Virus record (IMG/VR): IMGVR_UViG_3300025121_000011
Span: 62,001 to 126,000 of that record
Reading direction: 5' to 3' (one strand)
Length of the DNA: 64,000 nt
The notes below the pieces were generated by a model, which worked only from the letters and a program-made list of their open reading frames with translations, made no database searches and was not told where the DNA came from. Made by a program: the position numbers and the translations under genes. Shown one piece after another: positions 10,786 to 20,180 of the stretch (the stretch's first letter is position 1; every line of letters starts with the position of its first letter).

Positions 10786-10861
10786 CAAGGGGAATATACA
10801 AACAATAACAAAGCCCTTCATGTCAAAGATGACACTAATAGGGTAATTAGGAGAAAAATAT

Positions 10862-11494
10862 ATGTCTAAAATAGTATTTGGCGAAGTAGATTGGAATTCA
10901 TCAGCCGGCGAATCTGGTGCTGGCAAAACACAGTTTATGTATTTAGAAGCTGGAAGACATGTTGTACGAGTTATGGGTAATCCAATTCAGTTTTTTGTAA
11001 ATTGGATTGAAACTGATGCAGGAAAGAAAAAGGTAAATAGTCCCATTTCTTCTCCAGAGTTACTTCAAAGATTAGAAGATGCTGGCTTTAAACGTAAGGC
11101 AAAGTGGATGATTAAGGTTCTTGATCGTGCTGATGGTCAGTTTAAAATCTTAGAAATAGGCTCACAGATATATAATGGGATTCGTCAATTAGTTAATGAC
11201 CCAGAGTGGGGAAAAGCAACCGCTTATGACTTAACTATCACCAGGGGTAAGCCTGGATCTCAACCCTTATATTCAGTAAGTCCTCGTCCAAAAAGTTCTT
11301 TGGATGACTCTTTGAAGAGCGCATTTATGGATTTTAATGATAATCTTAAATTAGATCGTTTGGTTCAGCCTTCTGATCCAAAGTACGTTTTAGAACTTTT
11401 AAAATGGACTAAGGGCTCAGAATCATCAGATTCTGATGTAGGTGAAGAAGATGAATCCGAGAGTGGTGAAGAATTTCCTTTTGATTTTAGCTAG
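10862..11494 (+). CDS. single-stranded DNA-binding protein (gp32-like)
   Basis: ILEIGSQIY, YDLTITR..G..PLYSV; acidic tail ending EEFPFDFS. Confidence 0.75.
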   Translation: MSKIVFGEVDWNSSAGESGAGKTQFMYLEAGRHVVRVMGNPIQFFVNWIETDAGKKKVNSPISSPELLQRLEDAGFKRKAKWMIKVLDRADGQFKILEIGSQIYNGIRQLVNDPEWGKATAYDLTITRGKPGSQPLYSVSPRPKSSLDDSLKSAFMDFNDNLKLDRLVQPSDPKYVLELLKWTKGSESSDSDVGEEDESESGEEFPFDFS

Positions 11495-11513
11495 GCTAAG
11501 ATAAGGTAAAGGT

Positions 11514-11548
11514 AAAAGCCTGTAGAGCGAGAGTTCTACGGGCTTTTT
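11514..11548 (+). terminator. rho-independent terminator
   Basis: AAAAGCCTGTAGAGC-GAGA-GTTCTACGGGCTTTTT stem with a GNRA loop and T-tract. Confidence 0.85.
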
Positions 11549-11563
11549 AAGTATCATTTAGAT

Positions 11564-12124
11564 ATGGAAAGAATACTAGCATTAGATATTAGTTCATCAA
11601 CCATTGGATGGGCTGTTTTAGAGCTTGATGATAATCAAGTGGTAACATTGCCAAAAATGGGATATATTAAGCCGCCAAATAAAGCCAAAGGAAGTTTATC
11701 AAAGCGAATTAATTATGTGTTCGAAGAAATTGAAAAATTAATTTTAGAGGTAAAACCAACTGATGTAGTTGCGGAGGATTACGCCCGTAAGTTTAGTAAG
11801 GGTCGTTCTAGTGCTAATACTATTATTTTGTTAAGTGTATTTAATGAAACTTGTTCTTTAGTTTCTTATAGAATTTTGCATAGAGATGTATTTAAGTATC
11901 CAGTAGTATCTATAAGAGCGGTATTGGGTAGATATTTTGGGTTGAAAATTATCTCTAAGGATGATATTTTTCCTGTTATTCAACAGCATTGTCATAGTTT
12001 TACTCCAGAGAAAAATAAAAATGGTGGAATTAAGAATGAAAGTGGGGATATTGCTGACGCTATTGCAGTTGGAATCACATATTTTCTTAAAGAAAATAAA
12101 GTTATTTCTAGTTGGAGTATCTAA
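11564..12124 (+). CDS. ruvC: RuvC-like Holliday junction resolvase
   Basis: ILALDISSSTIGWA, VVAED, DIADAIAVG acidic catalytic motifs. Confidence 0.85.
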   Translation: MERILALDISSSTIGWAVLELDDNQVVTLPKMGYIKPPNKAKGSLSKRINYVFEEIEKLILEVKPTDVVAEDYARKFSKGRSSANTIILLSVFNETCSLVSYRILHRDVFKYPVVSIRAVLGRYFGLKIISKDDIFPVIQQHCHSFTPEKNKNGGIKNESGDIADAIAVGITYFLKENKVISSWSI

Positions 12125-12372
12125 TATAGATAGACAATATATATATAAACTCGGAACAATGGCGTCGACAGAAGTTCTTACTAAAAAGAAATCTGAAACA
12201 TTTGCATTTAATGATGGAATGCAGGCATCTAAAATGTAGAATAATGTTTTCTTAATTTAATAAACGACCTTATTGATGCAGATAAATTACTTAGTTTTTT
12301 TTAGACAAAGAAGATGTAGAAGATATTATTTTTAATTTAGATTTAGATATAATAATTAATATGTGAGGAATT

Positions 12373-14037
12373 ATGGGTAAATTACTTGTTTATGGTGAAG
12401 ATTTAAGAGTACAAATTTTATCAGGCGTAGCAAAATTATCTAAAACTGTTGGAGTAACAATGGGTCCAGCGGGAAAGAATGTAATTTTGCAACAACATAT
12501 TGGAGCACCGGTTATAACTAAAGATGGAGTTACGGTAGCAAGACAAGTTGTTTTATCAGATCCTATAGAAGAATTGGGATGTCAATTAGTAAAAGAGGTA
12601 GCTGGGCGAACTGCGGCGGTAGCTGGAGATGGAACTACTACCGCTACAGTATTAGCACATGAGATTTTGCATCAAGGCTTACAGCTAATGAGCCGTGGAT
12701 ATTCGCCTCTTAAATTTAAGATAGGAATAGATTGGGCATTAAGTAATTTGCTTGGATATTTAGAAGCCGCTTCTAGTCCTATAAATGGGTTTGAAGATCT
12801 TAAACATGTTGCTACTATTTCTGCTAATAACGATCCCGAGTTGGGAGAATTGATTGCACAAGCATATTCTCAGGCTAATGGTGGAATGGTTATGGCACAG
12901 GCGCGCCCAGGTATTGAAAACCATGTGGTACAAGTTGATGGGGTTGAAATTAAAAGTGGATATATAAGTCGTGGATTTTTAGAAAAAAATCAAAATAAAA
13001 TTTCATTAGATAATTGTCGTATCTTAATATGTGATAGAGAAATCACACATATCTCAGATAATTCAGAATTATTTGATGAAATTAGCAAATCCAATACTTC
13101 ATTATTAATTATAGCAAAAGATGTAAAAAAAGAAGCTTTACAGTTATTTTTGCAAAATAATGCGCAGGGACGCATACGCGTGTGTGCGGTTAAGCTTCCT
13201 GTGGATGGATTTGGAAAATATAATATTCAGCAAGATCGATGGATTGAAGATTTAGCGATGCAAATGGGAACCGTAGTTGTTAGCGAAGAAAAAGGTGTTC
13301 CATTGGCTAATTTAAAAATTGAAAATCTTGGTTTTGCTAAACATGTGGTGGTAGATCGTTATTTAACCAAAATAATTGAACCACGAAGCAATAAAGAACA
13401 AATTCAATCCAGAATGCAAGAATATGTATTAGATAAAGAAAAACTTATTAAAGACCGAGATAGATTAGATATTGAAGATAGAATTGCCAACCTAAAAGGT
13501 ACTGGAACCATTTTAATGATTGGGTATGCTACAGAAGCAGAATTAAAGCAAACTGGTGATAGAATTGATGATGCAATGTTTGCTGTAGAATGCGCAATTG
13601 AATCAGGATATGTTCCTGGTGGTGGAGTGGCTTTGGTTAGGGCTGCTCATTGGGTTCGTTTGATGAAGTTAAATGAATTAGCGGAAGATTTACGACCCGC
13701 CGCAGAAGTACTTTTATTAGCTTGTGTGAGACCTTTTGCTCAAATTTTAAAAAATGCTGATGCTCCAATAGAAGAAATTTTAAATAAGATTTTAACAGAA
13801 ACTGACCCTCAGTTTGGGTATAATGTAGCTGAAAGTAAGTTTGGCAATCTAGTTGAATTAGGAGTTATTGATCCTAAAAAAGTTACACAGACTGCCCTTA
13901 TTAACGCAACCAGTATAGCAACTTTGTTAATTAGAACTGAAGCTGCTGTAGCGGAAAATATAAAAGAACCCATTGGGTGGCAGCCTCCCGCTGGTTATCG
14001 CTTACCTTCTGATACTGGATATAATCATCAATACTAA
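12373..14037 (+). CDS. groEL: phage-encoded chaperonin GroEL
   Basis: TMGPAGKNV, ITKDGVTVA, AGDGTTTATVLA, VPGGGVAL, GVIDP. Confidence 0.96.
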   Translation: MGKLLVYGEDLRVQILSGVAKLSKTVGVTMGPAGKNVILQQHIGAPVITKDGVTVARQVVLSDPIEELGCQLVKEVAGRTAAVAGDGTTTATVLAHEILHQGLQLMSRGYSPLKFKIGIDWALSNLLGYLEAASSPINGFEDLKHVATISANNDPELGELIAQAYSQANGGMVMAQARPGIENHVVQVDGVEIKSGYISRGFLEKNQNKISLDNCRILICDREITHISDNSELFDEISKSNTSLLIIAKDVKKEALQLFLQNNAQGRIRVCAVKLPVDGFGKYNIQQDRWIEDLAMQMGTVVVSEEKGVPLANLKIENLGFAKHVVVDRYLTKIIEPRSNKEQIQSRMQEYVLDKEKLIKDRDRLDIEDRIANLKGTGTILMIGYATEAELKQTGDRIDDAMFAVECAIESGYVPGGGVALVRAAHWVRLMKLNELAEDLRPAAEVLLLACVRPFAQILKNADAPIEEILNKILTETDPQFGYNVAESKFGNLVELGVIDPKKVTQTALINATSIATLLIRTEAAVAENIKEPIGWQPPAGYRLPSDTGYNHQY

Positions 14038-14047
14038 GGAGATGTAG

Positions 14048-15226
14048 ATGGCAACTAAAGAATTAACATCTGGAGAAGCATTTAAGCAGTTAGAAGAGTT
14101 ATTTGGAGATGATTCAATTTTTCATCCAAGTTCTGTAGAAGAAATAGAGACAATTTCCACTAAGAGTCCTGGATTAGATTTTGCAATTGGACGTGGAGGT
14201 ATACCAAGAGGTAGAGTAACTCAATTTGCTGGGAAAGAAGCTTCGGGTAAAACATTTTTAGCCCTACAGGTTGCTGCGCAGTGGCAATCTCAAGATCCAG
14301 AAAATTGCTTTGCTTTTTTGGATGCAGAGTATACTTATGATCCAAAGTGGGCAGCATCATTTGGAGTAGATAATGATAGGGTGTTTTTGGTTAAAAGTAA
14401 TAATGCTGAGAGGTTGTTTGGTGGTTTAGTGGGAAAAACCAAAGTTAATTCGCAAACCAAGAAAGAGACTAAGGTTAATGGTTTATTTGATATGATAGAA
14501 TCAGGCATTATTTGTAAATATCCACATCCAGATGGCGAAAAAACAAATACTCTTAATCTTGCTAAGTGTGGTGTAATAATTGTAGATTCTATTGCAGCAA
14601 TGCAGGCTCCAATGGAAAGGCAATCTGATGTTGGAAAGCAGAACATGGCTGTTATGGCTCGATTTTTATCAGTAGAACTTAGAAAAATTACTCCTGGTGC
14701 GGCACAATCAAATACAGCGGTAATTTTTATTAATCAATTAAGAGTGGATCCAGGACAGATGTTTGGGAATCCTGAGACTTCGCCAGGAGGAAGAGCTTTA
14801 AAACACGCGTGCAGCTTGATGATAAACTTTGCCCCTATGGGCGGAGCAGACAATCTTCTGTTAGATGGTAATGGCATTCAGGTAGGGCATCGTGTCAGAG
14901 CGAAAGTATTAAAAAATAAAGTGGCGCCTCCAGGCCCTCGTTGTGAATTTTTCATTGAATATATGAAAGGTATTTCGCAAAGAGAGCAGGAATTACTAGA
15001 TCTCGGTACAATATTGGGATATTGGGAACGACCCGGAGCAAGAAGTTATATTATTAATGATATTAAGTGTTCAAGTAAAGAGGCAGCTCTGGAAGCTATT
15101 AAGAATGATGTAGTGCAAATTGAAAAAGATCTTAGATTGCATTATATTCAAAGTGCTTTAACCGCTCCACCGACAACCGAAGATGAAGTAGATCACCTTA
15201 CTGTGGATGATCCATTTGAAGAATAA
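14048..15226 (+). CDS. recA: RecA/UvsX recombinase
   Basis: GGIPRGR, Walker A GKEASGKT, IIVDSIAA, IFINQLR, PGGRALKH, KNKVAPP. Confidence 0.95.
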   Translation: MATKELTSGEAFKQLEELFGDDSIFHPSSVEEIETISTKSPGLDFAIGRGGIPRGRVTQFAGKEASGKTFLALQVAAQWQSQDPENCFAFLDAEYTYDPKWAASFGVDNDRVFLVKSNNAERLFGGLVGKTKVNSQTKKETKVNGLFDMIESGIICKYPHPDGEKTNTLNLAKCGVIIVDSIAAMQAPMERQSDVGKQNMAVMARFLSVELRKITPGAAQSNTAVIFINQLRVDPGQMFGNPETSPGGRALKHACSLMINFAPMGGADNLLLDGNGIQVGHRVRAKVLKNKVAPPGPRCEFFIEYMKGISQREQELLDLGTILGYWERPGARSYIINDIKCSSKEAALEAIKNDVVQIEKDLRLHYIQSALTAPPTTEDEVDHLTVDDPFEE

Positions 15227-15286
15227 ATAATAATTTTACTATATTGTTAATAAATTTATATACTAATTATAAAAGAGAGATTTAAA

Positions 15287-16063
15287 ATGTCAAATGTTAC
15301 TGCTGAAAATAAAACTAAGGAATTAACTAAGTTGATAGAAATTTGTCATGAAAATCTTAAGAAGTCAAAAAAGGCTGCACATTATTTTATTAATAAGCGT
15401 GGCATTAGCATATCTGATGTGAAAAAATATCAATTAGGATTTTTTCCGCAGAATATAAATATGCTTGGTAAATATGTAGATCTCGAAATCCTCAAAGGTG
15501 AAAGAATAGTTGGCTACTTTGAAGATAGTAAGTTTGCGGCCACACATAATATGATTTTTCCAATTCATGATGAATATGGGAAAGTAGTAGGTATCAGCGG
15601 CAGAACCCTTCTAAATGATGATCAAAGGAGTATTCTATCTTTAGCCAAATATGAGGGTTCAAGTTATAAAAAATCTCAATATTTATATGGCTTAAATTTT
15701 TCTAGAGGTCATATTTTAAAAGCCCAAAACTGCTATGTAGTTGAGGGCTATTTTGATTTTATGGCGATGGCTAGTAATGGATTTCCAAATACAGTAGCTA
15801 TTTGCGGCACAGCTTTTTCCAAAGGACATATAATAAAATTAGCGAGATATACAAATAAAATTACTTTTATATTGGATAGAGATGATGCTGGAATCAAATC
15901 GATGGAAAGAATATACACCAAATATTCAAATAATGGTATAAAATTTAGATTTATGTTGATTCCCGAAGGTTATAAAGATGCAGATGAATATTTTAGCTCT
16001 AGTAATCATGATGGACAATCTTTTTTAAACAGTCTAGAATTATATATTCCAAATTGGTCATAG
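15287..16063 (+). CDS. dnaG: DnaG-type primase catalytic (Toprim) core without zinc-binding domain
   Basis: IFPIHD..G.SGR, KY, YLYGL, VVEGYFD, GTAF, LDRDDAG, KDADE. Confidence 0.85.
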   Translation: MSNVTAENKTKELTKLIEICHENLKKSKKAAHYFINKRGISISDVKKYQLGFFPQNINMLGKYVDLEILKGERIVGYFEDSKFAATHNMIFPIHDEYGKVVGISGRTLLNDDQRSILSLAKYEGSSYKKSQYLYGLNFSRGHILKAQNCYVVEGYFDFMAMASNGFPNTVAICGTAFSKGHIIKLARYTNKITFILDRDDAGIKSMERIYTKYSNNGIKFRFMLIPEGYKDADEYFSSSNHDGQSFLNSLELYIPNWS

Positions 16064-16070
16064 GAGCTAA

Positions 16071-16505
16071 ATGAATAAATCTAAACTTTATCAGTATAAA
16101 ATAGTCGAGATATCCTTTGATCATGATAAGTTGGATAATTTTCCAATAGATCGTGGTATTGGGTCTTTACTTGCGGCAAATGAGTGTAATGATAAAATTG
16201 CAGAATTAAGAGATGATTTGGTTGAAGAAATTTATTCTATTATTAGTGGTGAGTATCTTACCGAACATCAAAAAATTATTTTAATGATGCGATTAACTGG
16301 AAAAACTCAAAATGAAATTGCTGAGCATCTTGGAATTACTCAATCTGCTGTACACAAAGCTATGCATGGGAATATAGATTATAAAAATAATAAAAAAAGA
16401 TATGGCGGAATAATTAAAAAGTTGAAAAAAATATGCACAAATAATCTTAAAATTGTAAATATCCTCAAAGAGATTGATGAGATCAAGAATAGCGATATAT
16501 CCTGA
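16071..16505 (+). CDS. sigma70 region-4-like HTH protein
   Basis: LTEHQKIILMM..GKTQNEIAEHLGITQSAVHK. Confidence 0.75.
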   Translation: MNKSKLYQYKIVEISFDHDKLDNFPIDRGIGSLLAANECNDKIAELRDDLVEEIYSIISGEYLTEHQKIILMMRLTGKTQNEIAEHLGITQSAVHKAMHGNIDYKNNKKRYGGIIKKLKKICTNNLKIVNILKEIDEIKNSDIS

Positions 16506-16514
16506 TTCCATTTC

Positions 16515-16522
16515 TATTAATA
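16515..16522 (+). promoter_or_regulatory. putative late promoter TATTAATA at the start of the virion module
   Basis: Motif recurs about 31-42 nt upstream of many late ATGs. Confidence 0.5.
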
Positions 16523-16551
16523 AATCGTAGGATTTACGAAGAGGGTTTAAT

Positions 16552-17058
16552 ATGATAAGAGAGAAGTATAATACGGACATCGATGCGGTTCTACGAAACG
16601 TCTTAGAAAAAGCATCCTCTAGTTTAAAAACCATTAATTCTATTGAGTTTACTGATACCTTAGTAGCATCTCATGATATTAAAAAGATTGCTTTTGACGT
16701 ATATCGTGTAGAAAACGATCCATATCATAGCTTATGGATGTTGGAAGATATAGATGGAAAGCCTCATTTAGTTAGAGCTGCGGATCCATCTTATTCATCT
16801 AACAAGCAGGGTGATTGGTCTGCGATTAGCGATTATGAACATAAAAATGTCACCCTAGCATATAAAGATATACCTATTGCTAGATTTTCTTCAGATGAAT
16901 ATTCATTTAAACCAGAAGATGTTGGAACTTTTAAAACAGCTTTATTAGAATTAGCTGGTGAAAATGGTAAGTTTATTAAAGATGTTTTGCTGGAGCAATC
17001 CAATGATAAACGTAATGCTCTGGTATCTACCTTCCCAGAGTTAAGCAAATTTATTTAA
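16552..17058 (+). CDS. putative virion head protein
   Basis: First gene after the late motif; IKKIA site. Confidence 0.55.
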   Translation: MIREKYNTDIDAVLRNVLEKASSSLKTINSIEFTDTLVASHDIKKIAFDVYRVENDPYHSLWMLEDIDGKPHLVRAADPSYSSNKQGDWSAISDYEHKNVTLAYKDIPIARFSSDEYSFKPEDVGTFKTALLELAGENGKFIKDVLLEQSNDKRNALVSTFPELSKFI

Positions 17059-17069
17059 GGAATATAGTA

Positions 17070-18650
17070 ATGAAAGATATACAAATTAAAGATATTAGAA
17101 GCATCTTAAGTCAGGCTAAGACTGCTATGGGACAAATTGAACATGGAAGAGAACTCCCTGTATCATATGTCTTAGATAGATTTATTCAGGCATCATACAA
17201 GCATCCTACGGATCAATTAATAGGTAATATGCGTGATGTTTTAATGAAACGCGCCAATAAGCAAAGTTTTTTTACCGAGCAAGAAATTACTGCATGTTAT
17301 GACAAAATGTATGGGATTTCTGGTGGACAGACAGCTTTTAGAGACGAACTTGGAGATCTATTATTAGTTGATCCGAAATTATCAAAAACAGCTTATTCTT
17401 CATCTTCTAGACGCGGGTCAGATGAGGGTCGAGAAATTAAGGCTGATACAAACGAAGACTTATCAAATGCATTTGCTTCAATTTTTGACCTCGGTAATAA
17501 TAACTCATTTGGTACGTACAATTTACGTGATAAGAAAGAAATAGAAATGTTAGTGGTTGCCAAATTAAATGCAATGGGAATGCAACCAAATGATGTTATT
17601 CTATCAGAATCTAATGAACACTTTGTTTTGGCCACAGCAGTATATAATACAAATAGCTTAAATAAGGTGGCTGTGCATATACCTGTTCAGATTTCTAACG
17701 GAAAAATTCCCGTTCCAACTCAGATGATTTCTGATGGAGCTATGACTGATTTAAATCGTGCCAATCTTTTGGTTCACCTGAAAATGAGTGAAAATCAGAT
17801 AAAAACTTCTAGTCGTCAAGCTTTTTCAGGACAACATGGTTCTAAAGATATAGTTGTCGATCGAGCAGTAACTCCAGCTGCACTTACAGATTTTACTGAT
17901 TTAGAAAATCAATTAGTGGTAGCAGCATCGAATTATACAAAAGAACAAGTTATGATGGCCTCTAGTATGCTTTCTGCGGAATTTAAGGCTGTTGGAGTTG
18001 TTAATCCTCAAATCAAAGTTGCATCATCAGATAATAAAATGATATTATTTAATATATCTATACCAACCATAGCTGGACGAAGCAACATACATGTTCCTGT
18101 AGAGTTTCATAATAAGAAACCGATTTTACCAAGTAGATTTATTACTAGTAATGATAAAAAAGAATCTATTTATGATTTTACAGTTAATAATATTAATAAT
18201 TTTATTAAAAACGCTTCCCACTTAGATTTAGGCGTTACTCAAGCAAGACAAACTGGTGAATTGAGCAAGATGTCTTATCATCAATTGGTAGACAGGATTA
18301 TTGAAGGTGTAGCAACAGAAGATTATAAGTTAGCAGAAGATGCTTTATCTTCTATTCAAGAGCGTTTTGGTGCAACACAACATAAAATAGCTTTGGATAA
18401 GTTTTCAGAACTTCTTAAGGTTTCTTCTACTAAGGGCTCTACCAGAGAGCAACTAGTTAAGGAAGCATTCAAGCGAGGAGATTTGATCACACGGCCCACG
18501 TCTGTTGAGCCTTATTGTCCAAAATTAGGTCTTCCACTAAGTAAAGTAGACTTTGATAAGCATGGGCGGCCATATCCTAAGTATAGAAATAAGACTGCTA
18601 ACAATGATGAAGAAACTTTAATTTCTTCGTCTAGAATTTTATTTACATAA
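17070..18650 (+). CDS. putative internal head protein with an internally duplicated domain
   Basis: VHIPVQISNGKIPVP and IHVPVEFHNKKPILP repeats; several KxA/S sites. Confidence 0.55.
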   Translation: MKDIQIKDIRSILSQAKTAMGQIEHGRELPVSYVLDRFIQASYKHPTDQLIGNMRDVLMKRANKQSFFTEQEITACYDKMYGISGGQTAFRDELGDLLLVDPKLSKTAYSSSSRRGSDEGREIKADTNEDLSNAFASIFDLGNNNSFGTYNLRDKKEIEMLVVAKLNAMGMQPNDVILSESNEHFVLATAVYNTNSLNKVAVHIPVQISNGKIPVPTQMISDGAMTDLNRANLLVHLKMSENQIKTSSRQAFSGQHGSKDIVVDRAVTPAALTDFTDLENQLVVAASNYTKEQVMMASSMLSAEFKAVGVVNPQIKVASSDNKMILFNISIPTIAGRSNIHVPVEFHNKKPILPSRFITSNDKKESIYDFTVNNINNFIKNASHLDLGVTQARQTGELSKMSYHQLVDRIIEGVATEDYKLAEDALSSIQERFGATQHKIALDKFSELLKVSSTKGSTREQLVKEAFKRGDLITRPTSVEPYCPKLGLPLSKVDFDKHGRPYPKYRNKTANNDEETLISSSRILFT

Positions 18651-18659
18651 GGAGATGAT

Positions 18660-19127
18660 ATGTCCAAAAAAATATCAAATATGCTGAAAGAGGCTCACAA
18701 GCTGAATCGGACTTTAGCCAGAGACTTTAGAAAAGCGGCTTTACATACATTAATAGAAATGTCTAAAGAAGCTGCTACAACTAATGAACAACACGGCGCT
18801 TTGCAAAATATGCAATCTGGAGTAACTAATTATCCAACCAGACAAGAATTTGCGCATCAACGAGGTGGAACTGGTAACGATCTTAAGTATGATACAGGTC
18901 CGGTTCATGAAAAGTCTAAAATAAGTTACGAAGAGGCTCCAAGAACTTTGTCAACCAGATACTCTCCAGATAGGGTGGGCCAACAGGCACATCTCAAAGA
19001 TGGTATTCAAACAGATCCTCTTACAGGGCGTGAATATAATTGGAATGAAGGTTTTACAACAGAAACTGGAGAAAAGTTTCCTGGTGGATCTGTCGATTTG
19101 CAAACCGATTTATACTTCGATTACTAA
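18660..19127 (+). CDS. putative virion protein
   Basis: AGGAG SD; LSTRYSPD..DPLTG..YNW. Confidence 0.55.
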   Translation: MSKKISNMLKEAHKLNRTLARDFRKAALHTLIEMSKEAATTNEQHGALQNMQSGVTNYPTRQEFAHQRGGTGNDLKYDTGPVHEKSKISYEEAPRTLSTRYSPDRVGQQAHLKDGIQTDPLTGREYNWNEGFTTETGEKFPGGSVDLQTDLYFDY

Positions 19128-19175
19128 GAATATATCCCGAGGTTAAGAGCTGGATATATACTGATAATAAATCCT

Positions 19176-19216
19176 AAATCCACTACTATATTTTGGTAAT
19201 ATAGCAGTGGATTTTT
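19176..19216 (+). terminator. rho-independent terminator
   Basis: AAATCCACTACTATATT-TTGGT-AATATAGCAGTGGATTT stem (1 mismatch) followed by Ts. Confidence 0.75.
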
Positions 19217-19228
19217 AAGTTTGGAGGA

Positions 19229-19939
19229 ATGGTGAATAATAAAGTTTTAAGACATCCAGACAAGGAAGATATTATAAAGCGTCTTTTAGATGGAGAATCT
19301 GTTCAACACGTTGATGCTTGGTTAAAGGAAAAATATCCAAAGCGTAAATCTCTTTATATTAGTTATGTAACTTTACAAAAGTTTAGAAAGGAAAATCTAG
19401 ATCTTCATGGTGACGTTTTAGATGCAGTTAAGAATGCTCGAATTGATGCCAATAAAGATGGTGAAAAAATTGAAGCCAAATATATTATATCACAAGGAGA
19501 TGCATATCAACGTAAAATAAATGAGATTGCAGATGCAGAATTAGATGTTTCACGCAAACTACGAGAGATGGATGCTTTGGTAACATCTAGATTAGAATTT
19601 TATTATAATTTTTTAGCCAATGGTGAAGGTGATATAAAACACGATAAAGTATTTTTAGAGTATTTAAATATGTATAAAGGAATTTTGCAGGATTGGAAAA
19701 AATATATTGAGGGTGTGGCCGATAAAACAATTGAACATAATATTAATATTAATGTAGTAAATGAACAAGTTAATATTTTAAAGGGTATTGTTTTTGAGGT
19801 GTTACAAGAATTAGATCCAACATTAATTCCTGTTTTTGTAGATAAAATAAACAATAAAATGTCTAGAGCTAATCACAGGGCGACAGAATATAAACAATTA
19901 GGAGTTATTGATGCAGACTTTAGCTCAGACGAAGATTAA
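19229..19939 (+). CDS. putative terminase small subunit
   Basis: N-terminal HTH-like HPDKEDIIKRLLDGES, central coiled coil, NININV strand; upstream of terL. Confidence 0.4.
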   Translation: MVNNKVLRHPDKEDIIKRLLDGESVQHVDAWLKEKYPKRKSLYISYVTLQKFRKENLDLHGDVLDAVKNARIDANKDGEKIEAKYIISQGDAYQRKINEIADAELDVSRKLREMDALVTSRLEFYYNFLANGEGDIKHDKVFLEYLNMYKGILQDWKKYIEGVADKTIEHNININVVNEQVNILKGIVFEVLQELDPTLIPVFVDKINNKMSRANHRATEYKQLGVIDADFSSDED

Positions 19940-20180
19940 AAAGCTGAATTTATCAGATTTAATTAATCTTCATGCATTTGAAGCCTGGATAAGAAAATAT
20001 ATCAAATTTTATAATGAGAGGAAGATACCAGGCAAACATATGAATTTATTTTTATCTTATATTGAAGACTTAGTAAGAGGAACAGATTTTCCTCATGATC
20101 GTCAAGTTTGGTTTGAAACAATTAAACATTTACAGGATTCATTAATTCAAAATGAAAGATTTAAACAAAGACATTCATAG
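19908..20180 (+). CDS. hypothetical protein
   Basis: AGGAG SD; overlaps neighbouring genes. Confidence 0.55.
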   Translation: MMQTLAQTKIKKLNLSDLINLHAFEAWIRKYIKFYNERKIPGKHMNLFLSYIEDLVRGTDFPHDRQVWFETIKHLQDSLIQNERFKQRHS

